Of a stretch of 64,000 nt of DNA, positions 46,016 through 57,100 are shown in pieces. The stretch's first letter is position 1. Each line of letters opens with the position of its first letter. The stretch comes from an uncultured Desulfobacter sp. Its GTDB lineage: Bacteria > Desulfobacterota > Desulfobacteria > Desulfobacterales > Desulfobacteraceae. The stretch covers positions 6,240,001-6,304,000 of the forward strand of contig OY762069.1 in assembly GCA_963665095.1 (NCBI GenBank), in the 5' to 3' direction. Position numbers and translations under genes: made by a program. The notes beneath the pieces are model-generated. The model saw only the letters and a program-made list of their open reading frames with translations. It made no database searches and was not told the origin of the DNA.

Positions 46016-46080
46016 GTCCAACGAAACGCTGAAGTCCGATCCGGGTAATTTAGCGGCTTTTTGAAAGGCCCTGTTGGGAC
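46016..46080 (+). repeat. degenerate/truncated attC-like site
   Basis: GTCCAAC...GTTGGGAC; TAGCGGCTTTTTGAAAG matches the attC1 interior. Confidence 0.5.
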
Positions 46081-46164
46081 CTGTCAGGCGCAAGTCCCAC
46101 ATGGGTCAATCCGGGTCCCGGTTTTTTACCCCCGGGACCTCAGATAACCGTTGAATTATCATTT

Positions 46165-47091
46165 TTACTCTAAAGAATTCCAGAACGTTTCAGCCAGGGG
46201 GAAGTACCCCTTTTCTCGGGCCTGGATTGCAAGTCCGATCATGCCCATGGCCGCAACGTCCATATTGACCGGATCAATGTGCTGACGAAGGTCAATGGTC
46301 AGAAGATAGGATTTGCATGCATTACAGACATTCACCCGCTCTCCTGCCTTGACCGGGCTGTTCTGGTCAAAAAAGTACGCCAGGCTGTCATGGTCCTTGT
46401 TACCGCACTTGGGGCAGATGTGCCGGCTGAAACGCCATTCGTGGGCGCACGCAGGACACTGGAGAAAGCGCTTCCCCCCTTCGCCGATAAGGCCTGCAAT
46501 GGCGGCGTATGATCCGCAGACCGGGCAGTATCCGTGCAGCCACTGGAGATCCTCTATCAGGGGCGCAAAGGCTTTGGCCTGGATCTCCATGAAAGGGCCG
46601 GCAATCTGTGTCAGGGCAAATTTGAAAATGTCGGGTGTCGTGCCTGCCTGTTTTGCAAGCGCCTCCATTTTTTCGGTGTCGTCGTTTACGAAGGCCTGGA
46701 CGCATTCGACCGGGTCAATGCTGTTGTCGGCAAGTGAAGTTTTAATTTTTTCAATATCGGTCCGGATGCCTGGAAATGCGTCGGCCATGGCCGGCAGAAT
46801 CATCAGGGCCGCCTGGGTTAACTCCTGGTGAAAATCCAAAAGCCCTGTAAGGGTAAACAACGGGGCACCGTTGGAAAAACGTTCAGGATCAAACTCAGGA
46901 AAATCGGTATTTTCAGCCTCTTTCAAGGGCTGGGTTTCCTTGAATTCGGCTTTTGCTACCAGCAGGGGGCCAAAGGCTGAAACAAGAGAGGATAGCGCAG
47001 GTTTGCGTGCAGCTAAGTTATCAAGGGCTCTTTTTATTCCCTTTGACGACTGTTCGTGGCAGATTCGTTCTTTCTGGTTCATGGTTGACAT
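46165..47091 (-). CDS. fdhE: formate dehydrogenase accessory protein FdhE
   Basis: CPVCGS, CPACAHEW, CPKCG and CNACKSY motifs; follows the fdh genes. Confidence 0.9.
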   Translation of the reverse strand: MSTMNQKERICHEQSSKGIKRALDNLAARKPALSSLVSAFGPLLVAKAEFKETQPLKEAENTDFPEFDPERFSNGAPLFTLTGLLDFHQELTQAALMILPAMADAFPGIRTDIEKIKTSLADNSIDPVECVQAFVNDDTEKMEALAKQAGTTPDIFKFALTQIAGPFMEIQAKAFAPLIEDLQWLHGYCPVCGSYAAIAGLIGEGGKRFLQCPACAHEWRFSRHICPKCGNKDHDSLAYFFDQNSPVKAGERVNVCNACKSYLLTIDLRQHIDPVNMDVAAMGMIGLAIQAREKGYFPLAETFWNSLE

Positions 47092-47174
47092 CCTCTTAAA
47101 CCGGTAAAGGCCGTCCACAGGATGTGACGCGGCCTTTACCCAAATTATAGGGCTGATATTGCAGCTCTTGGCGG

Positions 47175-47924
47175 TTAAATTTTCATTCCGGCATTCACCA
47201 GGGGTTTTGCAATACTCGCAAAAAACTCTTTCCTGGTCAAGAATGAGGGCACCGGTTTTGCCTGGGCCATGACATAATCGGCATAAAAATCTGGCTCATC
47301 CGTGATCAGGTAGATCACGTTGACACTCTCCTCATCCACGAGCTGGGCTTGGGGAAACTGTTTTTTCACTTCAGTCAGCCGTGAATGGGCCAGTTTGACC
47401 ATATCCTCCCTTTTGCCGTAATTCATGGTCCCGGTGGGGCAGGTGGCCACGCACATGGGCAGAAGACCGTTGCTCACACGGTCATAGCAGGCGTCGCATT
47501 TGACCACGGCACCGGTGGCAGGGTCCCTGCGGGGAATGTCATAGGGGCAGGTGTCCCGCATCTCCTGAAACTGGTCCTTGGACAGCCTGGCAGCCTTGTC
47601 CGTATAAATCACCATACCCGTGACATCATCCAGGAGGACCGCACCGTCCACATAGGCATCAGCAACGGATTTGCATGGCGCATCCGTGCAGTGCCGGCAC
47701 TGGTCCGGGAAAAAATTCCAGACCACCTGGTTCCGTTTGTCATCCTTCAGATGTTCCCTGAACCGGACCACCTTATAGTTAAAGGGGTTCAGATCCGGCG
47801 GGTTCTGATGGGTTCCTTTCTGTTTTGTCTCAATGGCCGGAAGATTATGCCACTCCTTACAGGCCACCTGGCATCCCCGGCATGCAGTGCATCTTGATAC
47901 ATCTATGAAAAAAGCATTGGCCAT
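47175..47924 (-). CDS. formate dehydrogenase beta (Fe-S) subunit
   Basis: CTACRGCQVACKEWH, QCRHC..PC, KCDAC, CVATCPTG; AAGGAG RBS. Confidence 0.92.
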   Translation of the reverse strand: MANAFFIDVSRCTACRGCQVACKEWHNLPAIETKQKGTHQNPPDLNPFNYKVVRFREHLKDDKRNQVVWNFFPDQCRHCTDAPCKSVADAYVDGAVLLDDVTGMVIYTDKAARLSKDQFQEMRDTCPYDIPRRDPATGAVVKCDACYDRVSNGLLPMCVATCPTGTMNYGKREDMVKLAHSRLTEVKKQFPQAQLVDEESVNVIYLITDEPDFYADYVMAQAKPVPSFLTRKEFFASIAKPLVNAGMKI

Positions 47925-47995
47925 TTGTATACTCCTTGTTTTGTCAGCGGACGAGACAGTGCCCGCCCGGGCTGAAATCATATTCTAAAGGCGTC

Positions 47996-50900
47996 CTATA
48001 CTGCCAGTTCCTTTAATTTGCCGGCCTTTTTAATATTAACCAGGCAGGCTTTATATTCAGGAATGGTGGTGTTGGGATCCCCTGCGGACGGGGTCAGCCG
48101 GTTGGTAGAATCCCCGACGCCCTTGGTGGTCCAGCCAAAACAGAATGGCATGCCCACTTCGTGGACTGTTTTTCCCTGGATTTTAAACGGCCGCATGCGG
48201 ATGGTCACCATGGCAATGGCCTCCACCTCTCCCCGGACGCTTTCAACCACCACGGGTTCACCGTTCTCAATGCCCTTTTCCTTTGCCAGCTCCGGGCTCA
48301 TCTCAACGTAGAGCTGGGGCTCGGCCTCAAGCAGGGGCGGTGTGTTCCTTGTTTCGCCGCCGCCGCACCAGTGCTCGGTCATGCTGTAGGTGGTCAGGAC
48401 AATGGGGAAGGCCGGGTTGCCGGCACCGCACAGTTTGTCCATCTCCCCGTCCAGAATCACCGCACACGGATTGTTGAGCTGTTTTGAGAAAGGATGCGCC
48501 TTTACAGGCGTTTCAATGGGCTCGTAATGTTCCGGGAACGGACCTTCGGCGCGTCCCGGGCCAAAGAGCTGGCCATGGCCTTCCTTGTGCATGATAAAGG
48601 GATATCTCCCCTTGCCGGAGGCTAAGGGCGGCCATCCGCCGTCGGGCACATCCCCGATCCACTTGGCACCGTCCCAGCGAATTACGGCCTTGTCCAAAGA
48701 CCAGGGCTGGCCGTTCACATCCACGGATGCCCGGTTGTAAAGGATTCTGCGGTTCACAGGCCAGCACCATGAGAAGTTGGGATAAAGGCCGATCTTTGCC
48801 TGCTCCGGGGTCTGGGAAAGGTCCCGGCGTTTGGATTTATTGACCTTGTTGCCAAGCTCCTCTTCGGTGTATCCGCCGGCATAAAGCCAGTTCAAAGAGA
48901 GCGTGGAGCCGTCATCCTTGAGCGCACCAAAGCTTGGCACCTGCTGGCCTTTTTTGTAGAGCTTTCCCTTGATGGTGGTGTCTTTGGTGAACCAGCCGTT
49001 GCACTTCTGGGCAATGCGTTCTGGGTCGTAGGTTTCAGGGAAATCAAGGTTGAGCAGGGGCTCGGGATAGGTTCCCCCTTCCTTTTTATACAGATTCCTG
49101 ACTGTATTGGTGATTTTTACGCACATATCGCCCAGGGCAAGACACTCGCCCTGGGGCTTGGTGGCCTGGTAATGCCAGAGCTGCCAGCGGCCTGAGTTGG
49201 TGATGGAGCCGTCTTTTTCCGCCCGGTTGGCGCTGGGCAGAAGGAAACACTCGGTCTTGATCTTGGACGGATCAACGCCGGGTCTGTGCCAGAAATCCGT
49301 TGACTCGGTGTGGTGCACCTCTGCAAAGCATGCCCAGTCCAGATTATCCATGGCCTTTCTCACCTTGTTGGAGTTGGGAACACTCTGGGCCGGGTTGGTA
49401 CCCCAGATGAATCCGCCCTTGATCTGGCCTTTGTACATCCGGTCAAAGATATACATATAAGAGTAATCCTCGCCGGCATCCGCCTTGGGAATCCAGTCAT
49501 ACCCGAATCCGTTCTTTTTGGTGCCCTTGTCCCCGTACCAGGCTTTAAGCAGGCTGGTGATATAGGCAGGCTTGTGCTGCCACCAGTTGGCGCTTTGGGG
49601 ATCATGACTCACCGGGGTGCATGCCTTGTTGTAGTCATCCAGGGTCTTCCACTGGGCTTTGGGCATGTTCAGGTAACCGGGAAGGATATGCCACAGGATA
49701 CAATGGTCGGTGGATCCCTGGACATTGGGCTCCCCTCTCAGGGCTTCAATGCCGCCGCCGGCCACGCCGATGTTGCCTAAAAGCAGCTGGATCAGGGCGG
49801 AGGCCCGGATGTTCTGGACACCCACGGTGTGCTGGGTCCATCCCAGTGCGTAGCAGATGGCGCCGGCCTTGCCTTTTTTGCCAGTCTCGGCAAAGGTCTG
49901 CCATACCTTGAGCAGGTCTTCCTCTGATACCCCTGTGATGTCCGATACCTTGTCAATGGTGTACCGGGAGTAATGGGTTTTCATGAGCTGGAACACCGAG
50001 CGTTTGTCCTCAAGGGTCTTATCCCTTACAGGCACTCCGTTGCCGTCGGTTTTAAAGGTCCAGGTGCTCTTGTCGTACTTTTTTTTGTCTGCGTTGTACC
50101 CGGTGAACATGCCGTCCTTGAATTCAAAGGCATCGTTGACGATAAACGAGGCATTGGTGTACTCGGTGACATAGGGGGCAAAGTACTTTTTGTTTTCAAT
50201 GATGTAATTGAGGAACCCGCCCAGGAAGGCGAGGTCGGTCCCTGATCTTAGGGGAACATGGAAATCAGCCCTGGCTGATGTCCGCGAAAATTTGGGATCT
50301 ACATGAATGATTTTTGCACCCTTGTCTTTGGCGCGAAGGATCCATTTGAAACTGACGGGGTGATGCTCTGCGGCATTACTTCCCATGATGAAGACACAAT
50401 CGGTATTTTTAAGGTCAATCCAGTGATTGGTCATTGCGCCGCGCCCAAACGACTCTGCCAGAGCCGCTACAGTTGCGCTATGTCAGATCCTGGCCTGATG
50501 ATCAAAGTGGACAAGTCCAAGCCCCCTTGCGGCCTGGTGAACCATGGCACACTCTTCATTGTCCATGATGGAGCAGCCCAGGTGGAAAATGGATTCCACG
50601 CGGTTGACGGTTTCGCCTTTGGCGTTGACCTGTTTAAAATCCCTGTCCCGGGTCTCCTTGATTCTGGCTGCCAGCCGGTTCAGGGTCCAGTCCCATGATT
50701 TTTCCTCCCACTTGCTGCTGTTCGGGGCCCGGTAAAGGGGTTTGAGCAGACGGTGGTGGCTGTTGATCATGGAGAGCTGGGCCGCACCCTTGGCACACAA
50801 GGACCCTTCACTGACCGGATAGTCCGGGTCTCCTTCCGTGCTGACGATCTGCCCGTTTTTCACATGGGCGATGTAATGGCAGGTTACCGCGCAGAAGGGA

Positions 50901-51049
50901 CAGATGGAGATAACTTCCTTTGCTCCGTCAATCTTCATGCCGGCCGCATATGTCTTCACCGGCGAAAGGTTGATTCCCAGCTGCCCGAGGGGAACCATGG
51001 CAGCCCCCATGCCTGCAAGCTTTAGAAAACGACGACGTGTAAATTGCAT
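47996..51049 (-). CDS. fdnG: formate dehydrogenase alpha subunit, selenocysteine-containing, Tat-exported
   Basis: TRRRFLK signal, CPFCAVTC...C; in-frame TGA at 50483-50485 in DHQARI-U-HSATV joins the two ORFs. Confidence 0.95.
50449..50467 (-). promoter_or_regulatory. bacterial SECIS-like hairpin
   Basis: GCGGCTC-TGGCA-GAGTCGT stem-loop starting ~16 nt after the UGA. Confidence 0.7.
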
Positions 51050-51253
51050 CTTTCCGGATCTCCTTTTTAGTTTATAGTTTCCGGGATACTTAACCAATAT
51101 GCCAAACATGCATAGCGAATCACAAAAAAAAACGATCTGTGAAAGATGCCATACCACAGGTGTGGATACAAAAAAGATACAACAAAAAGCAGCGGAAATT
51201 TCAGGTCCGGCCTGGAAGAGATTAGGGTGGAAAATTTACGCTGACAAAGCCGG

Positions 51254-53278
51254 TCACTTCGCTTTTGGCGCCACTTCCACGCGACTGCAGTGAAAGGCGC
51301 AGGTCTCTCCCTGGTCGGTCAGTCGCTGGCTGGTCAACTGGTTGATGCCCTTGCCCTTGTCCATGAATGCGGGCCAGTGCAGGCCCTCGGCCACCACCAG
51401 GCCGGGCTGGGTATCTAAAGTTATTCGGGCATCAAGAAAACATTCCCCGCGGCTGTTGAATACCCGCACAGGGGCGTCCTGGGAGATGCTGCGCTTTGCT
51501 GCATCATCCGGGTGGATCAACAGGGTTGCTCTGCCGGCAAGTTGTCTGATTTCCGGGATCTCATTAAATGCTGAGTTCAGAAACAGGGGGTGGGGCGGTG
51601 TCATCAGCTCCAGGGGGTAGGTCTCTTTGTCTTCAGGATCCCGTAAAACTTCTCCGCAGGGCAGGGGATCCAGGCCCAGGTCCTGCCAGGTTTCTGAAAA
51701 GAATTCCACTTTGCCCGAAGGGGTGTTAAAGCCCTGGGCATAGGGATTGGCCGGGATATTCAGGCGGACGGCCCGGCCCTGCATGAGCGGGTCATGGTCT
51801 GTTTCTTCCAGCGGGGGACGGCATTTTTTTAAAAAATCCTGGATAAAGTCCTCTTCACTGAGGCGGAACACTGCCTCCTTAAACCCAAGGCGTTGTGCAA
51901 GGGCCTGGAAAATAGTCAGATTGGTGCGGCTTTGCCCCACAGGCGGGATGACCGGCCGGGACAGGCGCAGGTAGTTGTGACCGTAGGCTTTGTAAATATC
52001 GCTCATCTCCAGAAAGCTTGCCGAGGGCAGGATGATGTCAGCCATCCGGGCTGTATCTGTCATGAACAGCTCATGGACCACCACAAAAAGATCCTCTCTG
52101 GCAAGTCCCTTTTGCACCAGGGCGGATTGGGGGGCCACAGCAGCCGGGTTGCTCATGAAATTATAAAACAGTTTCACCGGGGGATCATCCAGGCAGGTCA
52201 GGGCATTGCCCAGTTCCACCATGTTGATTGTCCGGGTGTCAGGGGGGCACAGATCCGGCCGGGTCAGCCGGGTGATGTCTGCGGGACCCCCGCCCAGGCT
52301 GCGGGTAATGCCGCCACCCGGTTTTTCAAATGCCCCCACCAGGGCGGGCAGGCAGGCAATGGTCCGCATGGCCATGGCGCCCCGCAGCTGGCGGGCCGGC
52401 CCCCAGCCGGTCCGGATATAAGGGGCCCGGGCTTTTCCGTATGAGAGCGCCAGATCCCGGATATCCCGGGCTGCCACCCCGCAGATGCCCGCGACCAATT
52501 CCGGCGGGTATTCAGCCGCCCGGTCTGCAAGCCGGTCATAGCCTATGGTCTGCTGTTCAATAAATTCCCGGTTGATCAAATCCTCTTTGATCAGGATGTT
52601 CATCATGCCAAGGGCCAGGGCTGCATCGCTCCCGGGCTTGACCATGAGATGCATATCGGCCTGCTTTGCCGTAGGGGTCTGGTAGGGGTCAATCACCACA
52701 ATGCGGGCCCCTTTTTTTCTGGCTTTCAGGAAAAAGGACCAGGCGTGGATATTGGTGGTCAGCGTGTTGCTGCCCCAGATGATAATGAGGTCTGAATTGA
52801 CGGATGATTCAATGTCCGTACTTGGCCCAGAGCCCAGGGTGGTTTGAAATCCTTCAGTGGCAGCCGGTCCGCAAATGGTAAGAAGCAGTTTGCTGGCCCC
52901 GAGTTTATGGAAAAAGGGCTGGCCGGCATTCCGGTGTATGATGCCCATATGGCCGGCGTAAAAATAGGGCAGGATGGCTTCCGGCCCATGGGTTTTCGCC
53001 ACGTCACAGATCCGGTCCGCGACCAGGTCCAGGGCCGCATCCCATGAGATGGGCTCAAAACGGCCTGACCCTTTGGGGCCTGTTCGTCTTAACGGGGTGA
53101 GAATCCGGTTTTCATTGTGTACATGGCCGGGAAAAAATTTTGCTTTCCTGCAGAGAAACCCCTGGGTGAACGGATGATCCGGGTCTGCCTTTACCTTTGT
53201 TATTTTCCCGTCTTCCACTTTCACAAGCAGTCCGCAGGCATCCGGGCAGTCCTTTGTACACACGGCCGGTTTCCACAT
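51254..53278 (-). CDS. molybdopterin oxidoreductase family protein
   Basis: CTKDCPDAC...C Fe-S motif, ADIILP, C-terminal molybdopterin dinucleotide-binding domain; no Tat signal. Confidence 0.9.
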   Translation of the reverse strand: MWKPAVCTKDCPDACGLLVKVEDGKITKVKADPDHPFTQGFLCRKAKFFPGHVHNENRILTPLRRTGPKGSGRFEPISWDAALDLVADRICDVAKTHGPEAILPYFYAGHMGIIHRNAGQPFFHKLGASKLLLTICGPAATEGFQTTLGSGPSTDIESSVNSDLIIIWGSNTLTTNIHAWSFFLKARKKGARIVVIDPYQTPTAKQADMHLMVKPGSDAALALGMMNILIKEDLINREFIEQQTIGYDRLADRAAEYPPELVAGICGVAARDIRDLALSYGKARAPYIRTGWGPARQLRGAMAMRTIACLPALVGAFEKPGGGITRSLGGGPADITRLTRPDLCPPDTRTINMVELGNALTCLDDPPVKLFYNFMSNPAAVAPQSALVQKGLAREDLFVVVHELFMTDTARMADIILPSASFLEMSDIYKAYGHNYLRLSRPVIPPVGQSRTNLTIFQALAQRLGFKEAVFRLSEEDFIQDFLKKCRPPLEETDHDPLMQGRAVRLNIPANPYAQGFNTPSGKVEFFSETWQDLGLDPLPCGEVLRDPEDKETYPLELMTPPHPLFLNSAFNEIPEIRQLAGRATLLIHPDDAAKRSISQDAPVRVFNSRGECFLDARITLDTQPGLVVAEGLHWPAFMDKGKGINQLTSQRLTDQGETCAFHCSRVEVAPKAK

Positions 53279-53353
53279 GTTGCACCTCCTGGTTAAGATC
53301 TTTTTTGCCTGTTTATATCATGTCCCATTTTCCGGGTGAACATCCAGGAATAT

Positions 53354-54196
53354 TTATTCAGGGCAGTATCCGTATTTTTGCCTGAGTTGTCTTAAAACGA
53401 TTGAATCAGGGGCGTACGGTATATGGGGCGGCACCGGGTCCGGCAGGTTGAGTGTCCGGAAAAAGGGCGTTTCCAGCGCTTTCATGTTGTACGCTTTGAT
53501 CATCAGGGATTCCAGATTGACCACATCTTCAATATTATAGGCCAGAAGCGTTTCAAGTATTTTTTCCTCTCCGGTCCGCCTGAACTCCTTCCAGAGCAGG
53601 ACGGCAAAATAGCCGTCCACCCCGTCCAGGTCCCCGCGGTCCAGCCCCAGGGCATTTTCACATTTTTTCAAACCCCCGGAAAACCCAAGGCTTTTTAAGA
53701 CATACCGCAGGTCAATGTGGGTCTGGTTCATGGCGATTTTGAAATAGGATTCAATATAGGGGATATCAAAGGTTTTACCGTTGTAGGTGATGATGAGATT
53801 ATATTTTTTGATATCCTTTTTGAATTCATTCAGGTTCCGGCCCTGGACATAGGTCTTGATGGTACGGCCGTCATAGGTGGCAATGGTGGTAATTTCGGCA
53901 TCCCAAAGGTCCAGACCTGTGGTTTCAATATCAAGAAACACGGCTGTGTTGCGAAATTGGGGAAACAGGCGCCAGTGCTCCCTGGACGGCAGCCTGTCGG
54001 CAAAGTATCCGGGATTATCCGCCCCAAGGTGGGCCTGTGACTCCCGGGTATATTTTTCGATACGCTGCTGCTGTTTCTCCGGTAAAAGGGCGGTGCCGGT
54101 CAGGGCCTCGTCCCAGGTGGTGACACCGCATTCCCAGATTTTCTGCTCAGATTTTTCCCCGATACCGGGAATGTGTTGAAATGAATGTATCAGCAT
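53354..54196 (-). CDS. YprB-like RNase H-fold exonuclease
   Basis: HIPGIG HhH, FLDIETTGL, TYNGKTFDIP, YNIEDV. Confidence 0.85.
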   Translation of the reverse strand: MLIHSFQHIPGIGEKSEQKIWECGVTTWDEALTGTALLPEKQQQRIEKYTRESQAHLGADNPGYFADRLPSREHWRLFPQFRNTAVFLDIETTGLDLWDAEITTIATYDGRTIKTYVQGRNLNEFKKDIKKYNLIITYNGKTFDIPYIESYFKIAMNQTHIDLRYVLKSLGFSGGLKKCENALGLDRGDLDGVDGYFAVLLWKEFRRTGEEKILETLLAYNIEDVVNLESLMIKAYNMKALETPFFRTLNLPDPVPPHIPYAPDSIVLRQLRQKYGYCPE

Positions 54197-54394
54197 TGGC
54201 CGCTTCTGCTCCTTTATATTAGTAGTGAGCCCTGTTTATCATAAAATGCAGCTAAAGTGAGGCGTAAAAACGGATCCATACCGGCCCAAAGCCAAAGCCC
54301 TCTGCCGGACCAACCGGACAAAAGGGCCTTGGGGGGAGCCGAATGCTAAATATCAGGGTAGGTCTGGTCACCAGAAACGCCGTTCAAACACTAT

Positions 54395-55465
54395 TTAGGG
54401 CAGCGGTGTCTTTGTATATGCCACATTGGCATCTGAGGATGAATGGGCAGACATGGGCTTCCCGGTTTTAAGATCATTTACAAAATCCGGATTGAGCAGG
54501 ATGGACTTGCCTGACAGGGCAATATCTGCATCGGCAATGGCTGCATCGGCCGATTTTCTGTCATAGATCCTGCCGCAGATCAGGATGGGCAGATCCGTGA
54601 CCTCCCGGGTGAGCCGGGCCATGGTGTAATCTGTGTTAAAGGCCTTTTCGCTGAAGTCATAGGTGGATACGGAGATGGCGTCCACCCCTTCTTTATCGAT
54701 GATCTCAATTCCCTTTTGCCATTCATCTGCATCGGCAAAAAGGGAAACTCCCATATCTGGAATGCCCCAGTTGGAGATGCGGAACAGCAGCATGACATCA
54801 TCGGGCACCACGGCCTTAACCGCCCGGATGATCCTTTGGGCAAACCGGAAGCGGTTTTCCACAGTGCCGCCGTATGCATCATTGCGCTGGTTGGTATGAC
54901 TGGAAAGGAATTGACTGATCAGGTACCCGTGGGCACCATGGATCTCAATGCCGTCAAAGCCCGCGGCAACCGCACCCCTGGCACTTTCAACAAACCCGGT
55001 GATAACATGGTCGATGTCAAACAGGCTCATCTCTTCAGGTACCGGATAGGGTTTTCCGGTTAAAGGGTTTGCCTGTACCGGCGCAATAGGACTCGGGGCA
55101 ATGGAGCGATGCGCCGGGTTCACTTCCGGCCAGGCCATGCGGCCGCAGTGGAAAAACTGAATTACCGCTTTTGATCCTGCCGCCTGGATCTCTTTAATCA
55201 CAGGCTTCCAGGCTTCAATCTGTTTTTCATTGGTGATTCTGGCCTGGCCGGGATACCCCTGAGCACTCTCATAGTCCGTGACCAGGGCTTCTGTGTATAC
55301 AATGCCTGCCCCGTTTCTGGCACGTGTGACCAGAAAGTCCAGAACATCCTTTCTGGGAATGCTGTTTTCATCCCCTGACATCCGTGTCATCGGGGCCACT
55401 CCAATCCTGTTTTTGATGGTATGATTTTTTATTTTAAACGGTTGAAAAAGCTTGTCTGTATTCAT
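54395..55465 (-). CDS. NADH:flavin oxidoreductase (old yellow enzyme family)
   Basis: APMTR, GFDGIEIHGAHGYL, NQRNDAYGG..ENRFRF. Confidence 0.92.
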   Translation of the reverse strand: MNTDKLFQPFKIKNHTIKNRIGVAPMTRMSGDENSIPRKDVLDFLVTRARNGAGIVYTEALVTDYESAQGYPGQARITNEKQIEAWKPVIKEIQAAGSKAVIQFFHCGRMAWPEVNPAHRSIAPSPIAPVQANPLTGKPYPVPEEMSLFDIDHVITGFVESARGAVAAGFDGIEIHGAHGYLISQFLSSHTNQRNDAYGGTVENRFRFAQRIIRAVKAVVPDDVMLLFRISNWGIPDMGVSLFADADEWQKGIEIIDKEGVDAISVSTYDFSEKAFNTDYTMARLTREVTDLPILICGRIYDRKSADAAIADADIALSGKSILLNPDFVNDLKTGKPMSAHSSSDANVAYTKTPLP

Positions 55466-55859
55466 TGTAAGTTTCCCCCGCAATATATGCCTTAATTGGG
55501 TTTTTGTCTGTTATGACATGTTTAAATGTACCACATTGTAGAAGATAATACGTAAATACAGTAAGACAAGCCATGGTGTGAAACAGCCAGGAGGCCCCTG
55601 CCTTGTCCGTCACACGCTTCCCGGGCTATTTAAAGAAAACAGGACATTGGATCAACTTCGGATAAAAATTTGACGCCTGCTGGTCAGATATAAAATCAAT
55701 GCAGGTCTTATCTAATTTTGAACTATATTATATCATTGGTATCTTGCGATGGTCAATAGATATAACTATTTAATTTTATTATATATTTTTATTTACATCT
55801 GCATTATTTTCAATTATCTTCCAGTCTGGATATCTTAAATTTTTAAGGGTATTGAGACT

Positions 55860-56582
55860 ATGGGCATGACAGATAAAACCAGATCAGGTACAGACCTGCC
55901 CCTTGGAAAATCCGTGCAGCAGATTGGCCGGATGGCCCCTGTTGAAGCTGCCGGGACCGTTGAAGGCATTGCGGACCGGTTCGGGGACCGTGCCGCGCTT
56001 GATGTTTTAGACCAGCTTTCACCGGTTGTTGTTGCTGCCATGCTGCGCCGGCATGACTTTTCCTGCCCCGCAGTTGTCAGCTATCTTGTGACCCCGCACA
56101 TGGCAGCAGAGGTGTTAAAGGCAGATCCTTTGTTCTGGCGGGATATTCCCGATCCAAAGCGCCCTGAAAATTTTAGGAAAATCCGGGAAAACGCCCTGGA
56201 ATTGATCATCATATTTATGTCGGCAGCAAAGGATATAAATGCGGAAGGTGATATCATTGATCATATCTTCAGGGATGACCGCAGCCGGAACTATCTGCTT
56301 CTGCCCTTTTCCGGGCAGGAGGGGTACCGGTTGAGCACAGGATTATTTGATGATCCTGAAACCGAAACCGGGTCCGTGGCGCACCTCTATGAAATCCTGA
56401 GAAAGGCAGCCCCGCGTGCTGCGGATCTGGTCATGGATTTTATGAACCAGAATCAGACCTCCCTCATTGATTTTGTCACAGACCTCTGGGCCGATGCCTC
56501 TTTGGGCCTGGACAGCGGTTCCCGGGATCCAGACCTGGAAGATATGATGTTTTTACCCATCCGGGTAAAGGAGCCTGCATGA
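55860..56582 (+). CDS. hypothetical protein (240 aa)
   Basis: long ORF, ATGA-coupled to the next gene. Confidence 0.7.
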   Translation: MGMTDKTRSGTDLPLGKSVQQIGRMAPVEAAGTVEGIADRFGDRAALDVLDQLSPVVVAAMLRRHDFSCPAVVSYLVTPHMAAEVLKADPLFWRDIPDPKRPENFRKIRENALELIIIFMSAAKDINAEGDIIDHIFRDDRSRNYLLLPFSGQEGYRLSTGLFDDPETETGSVAHLYEILRKAAPRAADLVMDFMNQNQTSLIDFVTDLWADASLGLDSGSRDPDLEDMMFLPIRVKEPA

Positions 56583-57100
56583 ACCAGAGTTGTGATTCCC
56601 GCAGCCTTGTGCCCGGGGACGACCGCCTGCTTGTTTTCCGCGCGCTTGACAATGGCCTTTCATCCGGTGTGATCCAGGCAGGTTTCATTTGCCGGGAAAA
56701 GGCTGTTTTGGAAGGAATGTCATTTGTCTTTGCCCGCCGCTATTACACCCTTGTGCACGAGACCTGCCTCCGACAGGCATCCCAGTGCGTCCTGGGCATT
56801 GTGAATCTGGGACTTTCGGAACGGTCTGGTGGCCGGCTTTCTGTTGCCGCAGATCTTTTAACGTCCCGGGGCAGCCTTGGGATGTTCCGGGAGGGGTGGA
56901 CCCGGGTTCTCAAACTGGTCCGGGCCGCAGGCCATGCCGCACCACACCGGTTTAAAACAGACTATGAGCTTGAGCGGGAGTTTGCTGAAGATTTCACTGC
57001 GGTTCCCGGGCGGCCATGGTGCGGCCGAAATCATTATGCGGCCACCATGCTGAAACTGTACTATATGAAAACCAGAAGCAGGGAGGAGTCGGGTAGATGA
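56579..57100 (+). CDS. hypothetical protein (173 aa)
   Basis: AAGGAG RBS; ATGA overlaps on both sides. Confidence 0.7.
   Translation: MNQSCDSRSLVPGDDRLLVFRALDNGLSSGVIQAGFICREKAVLEGMSFVFARRYYTLVHETCLRQASQCVLGIVNLGLSERSGGRLSVAADLLTSRGSLGMFREGWTRVLKLVRAAGHAAPHRFKTDYELEREFAEDFTAVPGRPWCGRNHYAATMLKLYYMKTRSREESGR

Larger units (their letters stand above)
37747..46080 (+). mobile_element. integron-type gene cassette array without an integrase in the window (CALIN-like)
   Basis: GTT core at 37747, then co-oriented ORFs each followed by an AAC...GTT imperfect palindrome. Confidence 0.8.

Noticed and set aside
50483..50485. Nonsense mutation making the formate dehydrogenase a pseudogene
   Set aside because: The TGA is at the conserved Sec/Cys position and is followed by a SECIS-like hairpin.
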